From: Mobula hypostoma
Taxonomy: Eukaryota
DNA: 64,000 nucleotides
NCBI RefSeq assembly: GCF_963921235.1
Contig: NC_086098.1
Coordinates: forward strand, 4,030,001 to 4,094,000
Reading direction: 5' to 3'
Shown: positions 12,125 to 22,618 of the stretch, piece after piece
Layout: each line of letters starts with the position of its first letter
Position numbering within the stretch: the stretch's first letter is position 1
The notes under the pieces: generated by a model
What the model was told of the DNA's origin: nothing
What the model saw: only the letters and a program-made list of their open reading frames with translations
Database searches by the model: none
Translations under genes and position numbers: made by a program

Positions 12125-12761
12125 GTGTAGGAGAGAGGTCTTCAGATATTTGGATCATTGTACTCTCTTCTAGGGAAGTTGGGTCCTGTACAGAAGGGAC
12201 AATTTGCACCTGAACTGGAGGGGGACTAGTGGAAAGTTTTGCTAGTGCTGCAGGAGACAAGGGTTTAAACTAAAATTGCAGGGGGTTGAGAACCAGAGAG
12301 GCAGAACAGTGAGGGGAGAGGTTGTGGAGACAGATGTTGGTAAGAACTCAGACAAAGTCAGGAATCAAAAGGCTGATCAAAATGGTGCAACTAGTGTCCT
12401 GAGCTGCGTATATTTCAATGTAAGAAGTATCGTAGGACAGGCAGATGAGCTCAGGGCATGGATCAACACCTGGAATTATGATATTTGTGAGACTTGGTTT
12501 CAGGAGGGGCAATGCTCCGGAATTCTATTGTTTTAAATACGACAGAGCAGGAGGGATTAAAGGAGAGGGGTGGCATTACTAGTCAGGGAAAATGTCACAG
12601 GGTGCTCGGTCAGGACCAAATGGAGATCTTGTCTAGTGAGGCTTTATAGGTAGAAATGAGGAATAGGAAAGGTATAACCACGTTAATGGGCTATATGCTG
12701 GACCACCCAACAGTCTGCTGGATTTAGAGGAGCAAATTTGTAGAGAGATTGCAGACTGTTG

Positions 12762-13583
12762 CGTCACGCACCCCGTGACGGATTAAAGAACCAGCAGAAA
12801 TGGAAAACACTTTGGAGTCCAGTATTGTTATTAACTAATGATATTTATTAGTAACTACGCAATACAGTAATATAAATGCAGATAAATCAAACAGGTTAGC
12901 AATGATTTTATATATAAGTAAGTGTGGAAATATATGAAAACCAAGCTTCTAGGGGTAAATAGATAGTCTCACGATGATGAGTAAAGTTCAGTTCAGTTCG
13001 TGGTATTGAGTTGAGTAGTGATGGAGAGAGAGAGAGGGAGAGAATTGAGTCTTCAGGTGAGCTGACGCCGTCGATCTTCCCGTTGTCCTCCGAATTCTTT
13101 TAGAAGTCACTGACTGTGACCAAAACAAAGGGGACCATTCTTCTTTGGAGGAATTATCAACCCCGGGAGAGTTGACACACAAATAACTCCCCACCAGTCA
13201 CTCCCTTTTCACACTGCAAGAGCCACTGATCGATCCTCCAAAACCCACCTTTTCTGTGGGCACAACAAAGCTCATTCAGTGTCCAAAACCATGTGTCTGT
13301 AGGTCTATCATCTCACCTTCTATTTAGCTCACCGTGCTGAATACCAGCTGTCCATCAAACAGCTCCTCCCCTCTCTCTTTGTAAGAACTTGGAAACTGCC
13401 AGTGTCCTTGTAGAAAGTAAACATGCTGCCAAAAAGCCACAACACCATCTCAAAGCAGTCTTCACTTCCCTCTCCCTCTCCCTCTCCCTCTCCCTCTCCC
13501 TCTCCCTCTCCCTCTCCCTCTCCCTCTCCCTCCCTCTCTTTTCAAAAGCACAGTTCATAGGGGTAATTCAGGACCCCGTTACA
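12762..13583 (-). mobile_element. Solo LTR (Gypsy-type) inserted in CR1
   Basis: Minus strand TGTAACG...GTGACG, 4-bp TSD GTTG at 12758-12761 and 13584-13587. CR1 sequence rejoins as GCAGACTGTTGCAAGAAAC. Confidence 0.8.
13468..13538. repeat. (CTCTCC)n microsatellite within the solo LTR
   Basis: Direct tandem hexamer. Confidence 0.95.
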
Positions 13584-14254
13584 GTTGCAAGAAACATAAG
13601 ATTGTGATCGAAGGTGATTGTAAATTTCTACATATTGATTGGGGCTCCTATACTGTAAAAGAATTGGATGTGAAAGAGTTTGTCAAATGTGTCCAGGAAG
13701 TCTCCTTAATCAGTACGTGGAAGTCCCAACTAGAGAGAGTGCTATTAGGGAATGAGACCGGGCAGGTGACAGAAGTTTGTGTAGGACCACACTTTGCATC
13801 CAGTGACCACAGTGACATTAGTTTCAAGGTACTTATTGAAAAGGATTGGTTTGGCCCTTAGGTTAGCCTTTAAGTGAAGTTTGGATAGGTAAATGGATGG
13901 GAGGGACACAGAGGGCTATGGTTCAGGTGCAGATCAATGGAACTAAGCAGATTAATGGTCTGACATGGTCTAAATGGGTCAAAAGGCCTGTTTCAGTGCT
14001 CTATGACTCTGTGACATATTAGGACTTTGCTGTGGTGTGTTGGTGCACCTTCCAACAAAAAAACATGATATTCAACAATTTTACAAAATAACGAACTATA
14101 TAAAATAAAGTTAGAAGTACAGATATGGAATAAAATGGGCATAAATACACAAATATCAGCTTGTATGTTGAGCTTCGTATTATCATGCTTTCTTTTGTTT
14201 TATGTGATTTTTTTAAAGATTTGAATTTTATGATTTTCGTCAATAGATTAACAC

Positions 14255-14610
14255 ACAGCTGGAAATTTTCAAGACAGGACCAGCCATTTTGTTCACCTCC
14301 CAGTTTTTCACTTCATCCACCCATCTTCCCCTCACCTGGTTTTTCCTATCACCTCCCAGGTTCTCAATTCATTCCCTCTTTACCACCACCTACCTTCCCC
14401 CTTACCTGGTCTCACCTATCCCCTCTGAACTTGTACTCTTTCCCCACCCCCACCAACTTCTTATTCTAGCTTCTGCCCCCTTCCTCTTCAGTCATGGTGA
14501 AGAGCCTTGGTCTGAAATGTCTGCAGATGTTGCCTGACCTCCTGGCTTTCTCCAGTTTTTTGTGTGTGTTGCTCTGGATTTCCAGCATCTGCAAAATCTC
14601 GTGTGTTTAG
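14255..14610 (+). mobile_element. Penelope-like element (PLE) terminal fragment, degenerate
   Basis: Pyrimidine-rich tract, decayed hammerhead region and terminus GATTTCCAGCATCTGCA. Confidence 0.7.
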
Positions 14611-14727
14611 GTTAGGTAGTCATTTTGTAAACCAGCTTGGGCAAATTGCACTCGGGACAATTCAAGGCATCAAACTTAAAAAAACTGGAATGAAAATAGG
14701 CTGAGAAGATTCTGCAGATGCTGGAAA

Positions 14728-14997
14728 TAGTCATAGTCATAGTCACAGTCATACTTTATTGATCCCGAGGGAAATTGGGTTTTGTTACAGTTGCACCAAC
14801 CAAGAATAGAGTATAAATATAGCAACATATGACCATAAATAAGTAATAATATGTAAATTATGTCAGGAAATAAGTCCAGGACCAGCCTATTGGCTCAGGA
14901 TGTCTGACCCTCCAAGGGAGGAGTTGTAAAGTTTGATGGCCACAGGCAGGAATGACTTCCTATGACGCTCTGTGTTGCATCTCGGTGGAATGAGTAT
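14728..14997 (-). mobile_element. Rex1-like 3' end with (TATGAC)n tail, splitting a PLE terminus
   Basis: Minus strand encodes SFLPVAIKLYNSSL, then AATAAA and a tandem tail. Confidence 0.65.
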
Positions 14998-15084
14998 GCA
15001 GAGCAACACACACAAAATGCTGTAGGAACTCAACAGGTCATGGAGAGGAACCAGTATATTTGTTCCAGTTTAGGCTGACCCTGA

Positions 15085-15243
15085 GCACCATGCTTCACAG
15101 TAGGGACGGTGTGTTTCTGATGATGTGCAGTGTTTGGCTTATGCCAAAAATAGCGTTTAGTCTGATGGCCAGAAATCTCAAATTTGGTTTCATCAGACCA
15201 GAGAACCTTCTTCCAGCTGACTTCAGAGTCTCCCATGTGCCTT
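15085..15243 (-). mobile_element. Tc1 transposase fragment
   Basis: WKKVLWSDETKFE...HTVPTVKHG, covering the first D of the DDE motif. Confidence 0.85.
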
Positions 15244-15366
15244 CAGTGACAGTTCTGAATGCTACGTAGAAACATAGAAAATCTACAGCACATTACCAGC
15301 CCTTCGGCCCACAATGCTGTGCTGACCATGTAACCTACTCTAAGTTATGTTATTTGCTTACTTTTA

Positions 15367-16094
15367 TTCTTGATGATGGTGAGGACAATATGAGTGAGGT
15401 TGATGTTCTGGAGCATGCTGATATTAAGGGAGAGGAGGTGTTGGAGTTGTTAAAATACATTAGGACGGATAAGTCTCCGGGGCCTGACAGAATATTCCCC
15501 AGGCTGCTCCACGAGGTGAGGGAAGAGATTGCTGAGCCTCTGGCTAGGATCTTTATGTCCTCGTTGTCCACGGGAATGGTACCGGAGGATTGGAGGGAGG
15601 CGAATGTTGTCCCCTTGTTCAAAAAAGGTAGTAGGGATAGTCTGGGTAATTATAGACCAGTGAGCCTTACGTCTGTGGTGGGGAAAGCTGTTGGAAAAGA
15701 TTCTTAGAGATAGGATCTCTGGGCATTTAGAGAATCATGGTCTGATCAGGGACAGTCAGCATGGCTTTGTGAAGGGCAGATCATGTCTAACATGCCTGAT
15801 AGAGTTCTTTGAGGAGGTGACCAGGCATATAGATGAGGGTAGTGCAGTGGATGTGATCTATGTGGATTTTAGTAAGGCATTTGACAAGGTTCCACACGGT
15901 AGGCTTATTCAGAAAGTCAGAAGGCATGGGATCCAGGGAGGTTTGGCCAGGTGGATTCAGAATTGGCTTGCCTGCAGAAGGCAGAGGGTGGTGGTGGAGG
16001 GAGTACATTCAGATTGGAGGATTGTGACTAGTGGTGTCCCACAAGGATCTGTTCTGGGACCTCTACTTTTTGTGATTTTTATTAACGACCTGGA
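15367..16094 (+). mobile_element. CR1 RT fragment, truncated at both ends
   Basis: KSPGPD...NYRPVSLTS...[11 protein letters not shown]...[10 protein letters not shown]. Confidence 0.9.
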
Positions 16095-17102
16095 GCAGCC
16101 TGGGGAATATTCCGTCAGGCCCCAGGGACTTATCCGTCCTAATGTATTTTAACAACTCCAAAACCTCCTCTCCCTTAATATCAACATGCTCCAGAACATC
16201 AACCTCATTCATATCGTCCTCACCATCATCAAGTCCCCTCTCATTGGTGAATACCGAAGAGAAGTATTCATTGAGGACCTCGCTCACTTCCACAGCCTCC
16301 AGGCACATCTTCCCACCTTTATCTCTAATCGGTCCTACCTTCACTCCTGTCATCCTTTTGTTCTTCACATAATTGAAGAATGCCTTGGGGTTTTTCTTTA
16401 CCCTACTCGCCAAGGCCTTCTCATGCTCCCTTCTTGCTCTTCTCAGCCCCTTCTTAAGCTCCTTTCTTGCTTCCCTATGTTCCTCAATAGACCCATCTGA
16501 TCCTTGCTTCCTAAACCTAATGTATGCTGCCTCCTTCCACCTGACTAGATTTTCCACCTCACTTGTTACCCATGGTTCCTTCACCCTACCATTCTTTATC
16601 TTCCTCATCGGGACGAATTTATCCCTAACATCCTGCAAGGGATCTCTAAACATTGACCACTTGTCCATAGTACATTTCCCTGCAGAAACATCATTCCAAT
16701 TCACACCCGCAAGTTCTAGCCTTATAGCCTCATAATTTGCCCTTCCCCAATTAAAAATTTTCCTGTCCTCTCTGATTCTGTCCTTTTCCATGATAATGCT
16801 AAAGGCCAGGGAGTGGTGGTCACTGCCCCCCAGATGCTCACCCACTGAGAGATCTGTGACCTGACTCGGTTCATTACCTAGTACTAGATCTAGTATGGCA
16901 TTCCCCCTAGTCGGCCTGTCCACATACTGTGACAGGAATCTGTCCTGGACACACTTAACAAACTCTGCCCCATCTAAACCCTTGGAACTGATCAGGTGCC
17001 GATCAATATTAGGGAAGTTAAAGTTACCCATGATAACAACCCTGTTATTTTTGCACCTTTCCAAAATCTGCCTCCCAATCTGCTCCTCAGTATCTTTGCT
17101 GC
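16090..17102 (-). mobile_element. CR1 ORF2 endonuclease-to-RT fragment
   Basis: 333-aa ORF 16063-17064 (GNFNFPNID...ILDLVL...GSDH...KSLGPDG). Confidence 0.9.
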
Positions 17103-17394
17103 CCTATCATCTGCCTGTCCTCACTGCACACTGCCTCTGTTTGTAAATCAACTGCCCCATCCTCAGCTCTATCACACTGTGAGTCATTTCCCTGCCAAAT
17201 TTGTTTAAACCCTCCCTAACTGCCCACAAGGATTTTGATCCCCCTCGGGTTCAGGTATAACCCATCATTCTTGTGTAGGTAATACCCCCCCAGAACCAGA
17301 AGACATCCCAATGATCCAGAAATTTGAAGCCCTGCTTGCTACACTAGTTGCTCAGCCACACATTCACCTGCTAAATCATCCTATTCTGATCCTC

Positions 17395-17431
17395 GCAACA
17401 CACATCAAAGTTGCTGGTGAACGCAGCAGGC
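17395..17431 (-). mobile_element. 37-bp PLE terminal fragment
   Basis: Matches the PLE terminus (compare 44878-44914). 12-bp TSD ATTCTGATCCTC at 17383-17394 and 17432-17443. Confidence 0.85.
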
Positions 17432-17806
17432 ATTCTGATCCTCACTGGCACATGGCACAGGCAGAAATCCAGAGGAGGTCCTGATTTTCAGCTTTCTACT
17501 TTAGTTCCCTTAAAGCAAAATCTCTCCTTTGGATTTCCTCACCTTTTCTACCTATGTCATTTGTGCCAATGTGTACCAAGGCTTCTAGCTGCTCTCCTCC
17601 CCCTTTAGAATGCTGTGGACCCAATCCAAAACAGCCCTGATCCTGGCACCTGGCAGGCAACATACCACCCCTGTCCACAGAATCTCGCGTCTACTCCTCT
17701 AACTATGGAATCTCCTATCACTACCGCCATCCTTTTCTCCCTCATTCCCTTCTGAGCCACTGCACCAGAGACCCAGTCACTGTGCTTTCCCTTGATAGGT
17801 ACGCCT

Positions 17807-18227
17807 CGTTAGTATGTGAATAAAGTCACCAGAGAGACACTGAAGCTAGTGTATATAGAAGTGTTTTATTCAGCAAAAGCAAACAGCAGACATCATATTG
17901 AAACCCTTTCTGAGGAAGAGGCCTTCTGGCCCAATATTACATGGCATTTGATATGCTAAAGATCAAAGGACAATTCTAAAGTTACATGTATCTACAATGC
18001 TTCCTTTGAATTGCATATAATTTTCACACCTCCATCTTTACACCCACACTCAAAATGAATGTTAATCAGCATTGGCTGATTTCCAATTAACTTATGACCA
18101 CAGCTCCAGGAAACAATTGTCCAAAACTGCATTTTACTTTTAATCTACAATCCATGTTCAGGTCTGAAGATTGGTTGTTGGAAGTTAATATTTGCTATAT
18201 ATCCTAACTCGAGAATATGCTCTAACA
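17807..18227 (-). mobile_element. Probable solo LTR inserted in CR1 ORF1
   Basis: Ends (C)GTTAG...CTAACA are inverted, AATAAA lies on the minus strand, and it interrupts CR1. No clean TSD. Confidence 0.5.
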
Positions 18228-18498
18228 TCCCCCCACCAACAGTAGCCAAAGTGGTATACTTGTTATTGAGGGGAATAGCCACAGGATTGCTCTGCACTGA
18301 CTGCCCAATACTTTTCCCTCTCCTGACAGTCACCCCGGTACCTGCCTCCTGAAACGTAGGGGTGACTACCTCCCTGTAGCTCCTATCAGCTCTTCATTCT
18401 CTCATATGAGTCAATATCCAACATAAAATTAAACATTTTACATGTTGAACGAACAATCAATTTCTCATTTCATTTTGAAATGTCGTAACTAGGTACTG

Positions 18499-18825
18499 GT
18501 ACACACAAACTGCTGGAGGAACTCAGCAGGTCACACAGAACCTATGGAAATGCTGTTTCAGCACGAGACCCTTCTTCAGGTCTGGAAAGGAAGCGGGAAG
18601 ATGCCAGAATAAAAAGGTGTGGAGAGGGGAAGGAGGATAGTTAAAAGTAATAGGTGAAGCTGTGTGGGTAGGAAAGGTCAAGGGATGGAGAAGAAGGAAT
18701 CTGAGAGGAGAGGAGAGTGGAGACCATAGGAGAATGGGAAGGAGGAGGGGTGCCAGGGGGAGGTGATAGGCAGGTGAGGAGAAGAGGTAAGAGGCTGGAG
18801 TAGAAAAGAGAAGAGATGGGCAGAT
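18499..18825 (-). mobile_element. PLE terminal fragment
   Basis: ACACACAAA.TGCTGGAGGAACTCAGCAGG plus a purine-rich tract. Confidence 0.75.
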
Positions 18826-19757
18826 ACTGTATATAAATTGAGTCAATATATTTATCAGAATAGAAAGATCCAAATGCACACTCAGTTGTTAATTGTTACC
18901 AGTTACCACAATCAGTATGTTCTGTCTGTAGTTAGGAATGTAGGAGCAAATTATCAGTTCACTTAATCAGCTTTCATTACTTCCCTAAATACAGGAGCTA
19001 AAAACCTCTATAGACCACTTATGGGCACAGAACAGTAAGATCCTTTTTCAAGGTGAATATGACATATGAACTTGTTCTGTTAATGCTTGTAGAGCACAGT
19101 CACCTGGGATAGAGTTTTATGTGTCTCCTGAGCACTGGCTACCTCTAAAAGCTTTAACTAATAGAGTGTGATTTATTCGGATGTCTTGGTAATTTGAGCA
19201 CTTGTGATGAAACGGAGACAGCTGAGCAGATGTCTATAGTATCACTTTGTGAATTTAGCCCATGAGGACATTCGATGTCGGCGGAGAATGGTGAGGCTTG
19301 GCTTTCAGTTCACTCTGGCTATCCACTCTATCTATCTATCCCTGTAATTGCTGTGGAATCTGTTCACCACACATTTCCCAAGGTGAAGGATCAACACCAG
19401 CAGTCTGCAAAACAGCACCAAATATGAAGCAGCAGAGGTTTTTTTGACAATGCATTTCACTGTCAGTTTTGTTAAATCAGTGTAATTTGTAATGAGAAGA
19501 TTGCTTTGTTACACACAGTATCCGTTCTGTGACTCTCATGACGGTTGAACCAAGGCTTTTTCAAATTGTCAACGTCTGAGTAAAGACTAAAGGCAACGAT
19601 AAGTTAAGTTTAATTATCACTGAACGAAACGATGTTTCTCCAGGGCCAAGGTGCAATACATACACAGCACAGCACAAAACAGCACATGCCATACACAGCA
19701 CATTCAAGAGAGCAAGTGAACAAGATAACAATTAAAAATAGCTTAATTTGTCACATG

Positions 19758-19828
19758 TACAGTAGAGTGCAAAAGTCTTGGGCACATATATATACAGCTA
19801 GGGTGCCTTAGACCTTTGCACAGTGCTC
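19758..19828. mobile_element. About 70-bp Tc1-type MITE
   Basis: Imperfect TIRs CAGTA..GTGCAAAAGTCTT.GGCAC. A second copy lies at 20103-20171. Confidence 0.7.
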
Positions 19829-20102
19829 TATTTGTCAACGAGAGGTGGAGAGTGAGTTTGTAAATCTGGTGGGAACAAAGGATGTTTGGAATGGTGATGA
19901 TGGAGCACCACAGGAGGGGTGTAGGACAGGGGGCAGAGAAGGTGTGCCTGCTCCCTCCCCTCTCCCAACCATGATTCCCCTCTCCCTGCCTCCTTCCGAT
20001 TCCTGACCACAACAGAGACCCAGAATCAAGTTTATCATCACTCACATATGTTGTGAAGTTTGTTTTTTTGCAGTAGCAGTACAGTGCAATACATAAAATT
20101 AC

Positions 20103-20171
20103 TATAGCACTGTGCAGATGTCTTCGGCATCCTAGCTATATATATGTGCCTAAGACTTTTGCACAGTACTG
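20103..20171. mobile_element. About 70-bp Tc1-type MITE (second copy, opposite orientation)
   Basis: Ends GTGCCTAAGACTTTTGCACAGTACTG. Confidence 0.7.
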
Positions 20172-20362
20172 CACATTGTAACATCAAAATATACAGTGAA
20201 ATGTGTTGGTTGCATCCCGAGTGTGCTGAGGGCAGCCCGGAAGTGGGAGGCAAGGTTAGTTTGATCTTAGAGCCAAGGGCTGGTGGTTCTGGACTGAGCG
20301 ATATTCTATGAGTCATAGTAGGCTGCATTGCGTTCTCTTGGGCTCTTGCATAGTTTGAGCCA

Positions 20363-21290
20363 GAATCAGAATCAGGTTTAATGTCATGAAATTTGTTGTT
20401 TTGTAGCAGCAGCCCATTGCAATACATAGTAATAAAAAACTATAAATTGCAGTAAGAAATATATATATGAAAAATTAAATTAGTGCAAAAATAGATGAAA
20501 AAACTAGTGAAGTAGTGTACATGGGTTCATTGTCCATTCAGAAATCTGATGACAGAGGGGAAGAAGCTGTTCCTGAATCATTGAGTGTATGTCTTCCGGC
20601 TCCTGTCCCTCCAATGAGAAGGGGGCCAGTCCTGGGTGACGGTAGGGGGCCAGTCCTGGGTGATGGTAGGGGGCCTGTCCTGGGTGACGGTGGGGGGCAT
20701 GATGACGGTAGGGGGCCAGTCCTGGGTGACGGTAGCGGGGTTGTCCTGGGCGACGGTAGGAGGCACGTCCTGGGCGATGGTAGGGGGTTGTCCTGGGTGA
20801 CGGCAGGGGGCCCGTCCTGGGCGACGGCAGGGGGCCCGTCCTGGGCGACGGCAGGAGGCACGTCCTGGGCGACGGTAGGGGGAATGACGACGGTGGGGGC
20901 CCTGTCCTGGGCGACGGTGGGGGGAATGGCGACGGCAGGGGGCCCGTCCTGGGCGACGGCAGGGGGCCCGTCCTGGGCGACAGTACAGGGGCCCGTCCTG
21001 GGCGACGGCGGGGGGAATGACGACGGTGGGGGGGAATGACGACGGCGCAGGGGGCCCGTCCTGTGCGAAGGCGCAGGGGGCCCGTCCTGTGCGACGGCGC
21101 AGGGGGCCCGTCCTGTGCGACGGCGCAGGGGGCCCGTCCTGGGCGACGGCAGGGGGTTGTCCTGGGCGACGGTGGGGGGCATGACGACGGCAGGGGGCCC
21201 GTCCTGGGCGACAGTACAGGGGCCCGTCCTGGGCGATGGGGGTCCATAGTGATGAATGCTGGCTTCTTGAGGCATCGTCTTTTGAAGCTT
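20363..21290 (-). mobile_element. Rex1 3' fragment containing the minisatellite
   Basis: (TTCTGA)n-like tail. The minus strand contains NSFFPSVIRFLNG-type coding remnants. Confidence 0.7.
20621..21240. repeat. GC-rich minisatellite, about 21-bp unit GGGGGCCCGTCCTGGGCGACGGCA-like with shorter variant units
   Basis: Direct inspection of the tandem array. Confidence 0.95.
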
Positions 21291-21377
21291 AATTGTGATC
21301 AATGTTCAAATGACAAACAGAAATAATAAGCTATTTAAAATAACCCATTGTGTTGTGTCACTCAAGCAAATGTACTA

Positions 21378-22360
21378 GAGTCATACAGTTATAGGACACT
21401 GCAGTGCAGAAACAGACCCTTTGGCCCATCTAGTCCATGCTAAACCATTACTCTTCCTAGTCTCAATGACCTGTACTATGACCATAGCCCTCCATATCCC
21501 CAGTATCCATTTACATATCCAAACTTCTCTTAAATGTTGAAATTCTGTTTCCGCTCAATGTATGATCGCTTTTTCAACCTTACTGCTTAGGAGAGCCGTT
21601 TTATTGAAGTGGACGGATTCTAATCCACTTACACTCTTTTATTGGCTTTCCTCCATTACGTCCTGTTTAAGTTTAGAGAAAATAAGAAGTCGGATATTTG
21701 ATACATCTTTTAAATTTGAGCAAATCTGGCGACCTTTTATCCAATATTTTCATTTAATTTGATTGATTATTCTTTCAATTTTTTTTTAGGAGTTTTAGAT
21801 TTGATCAGAAAATCTTTTTTTATTTCTTTTTGATTGTATCCTCAAAATGGACCGTCCAGTCCCTTTTTCTGTTTGTTTTTTCTGTTTTTTTTATAGTGCT
21901 GTGGGTTTTCTTTTTCTCTTCATTTAAAGTTCAATGTTTTTTTCTTTTCTCTTCATAAACTGATAAGAGGAGAATTGCTATTTTCATTTTTGTTTATTAT
22001 ATATTTTACACTAGTTTAACAATGTTTATGATTTTGACAATGTCTATCTTAATCTCGATTTATATTGTTACTGATATATATTTTTGAGATAATTCTCCTC
22101 TTGAGTGTATTTATGCTCCTTTTAAATCAATAAAAAGATTAATGAAGAAAGAAAAGAGTCGTAGGTGTAATGAGATGGTCATTAGTCTTATCTCATTACC
22201 TCTATGACTCTTAATGACCCTCAAAAAAAATGTTGAAATTGACCCCGCATCCCTCCCTTCTGCTGGCAGGTCATTCCACCCTCTCCGCCCCCCCGAGTGA
22301 AATAGTTTCTCTTAAATACTTCACCTTTCACCTTTAACCTATGACCTCTAGTCCGATCTG
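21378..22360 (-). mobile_element. CR1 3' fragment split by the L1 insertion
   Basis: CR1 tail at 21378-21544, continuing at 22228-22360 (TRGHRLKVKG). Confidence 0.75.
21545..22227 (+). mobile_element. 5'-truncated L1 LINE with 3' UTR, A-rich tail and an extra 3' segment
   Basis: ORF2 C-terminus IAFSTLLLRRAVLLKW...LEKIR...FEQIWRPFIQYF, T-rich UTR, AATAAA at about 22129, and 13-bp TSD AAATGTTGAAATT at 21532-21544 and 22228-22240. Confidence 0.85.
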
Positions 22361-22618
22361 TATAAACAGTATACAAGATAAGCTTCTCATCTATCATGGT
22401 ACATCTGACAATAATGAGCAAACAGAAATATCAATAATAGAATTTATTCCTGGTTAATAGCTAAATTGCTTCTAGTTACTACACACATTTAGTTAAATTT
22501 GTTTTAGAGTTTGTACCATCTTTTCTTTTTGGTTTGCTCAAGTGACGTAACCAGTGAGAAAGGCACAATTAATATGCACAAAGGAAAGCAGATAAATTGA
22601 ACATCAGTTCTCTAACTT

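Larger units (their letters stand above)
10975..13865 (+). mobile_element. CR1 5' portion (ORF1 zinc-finger/coiled-coil and esterase, ORF2 endonuclease start) with nested insertions
   Basis: CSSCGMW...CKTCIQLQLL...ELEHEMDDL; VVVHVGTND; SCVYFNVRSIVGQADEL; HFASSDHSDI. Confidence 0.85.
17103..18410 (-). mobile_element. Older CR1 ORF1 region with nested insertions
   Basis: LVHIGTND and VAIPLNNKYTTLATVGG. Confidence 0.75.

Noticed and set aside
13355..13607. RE-repeat and SL-repeat proteins
   Set aside because: Translations of the (CTCTCC)n microsatellite.
20504..21326. Overlapping Pro/Gly-rich repeat ORFs, or a CRISPR-like array
   Set aside because: Stop-free GC-rich minisatellite. The units are contiguous, with no unique spacers.
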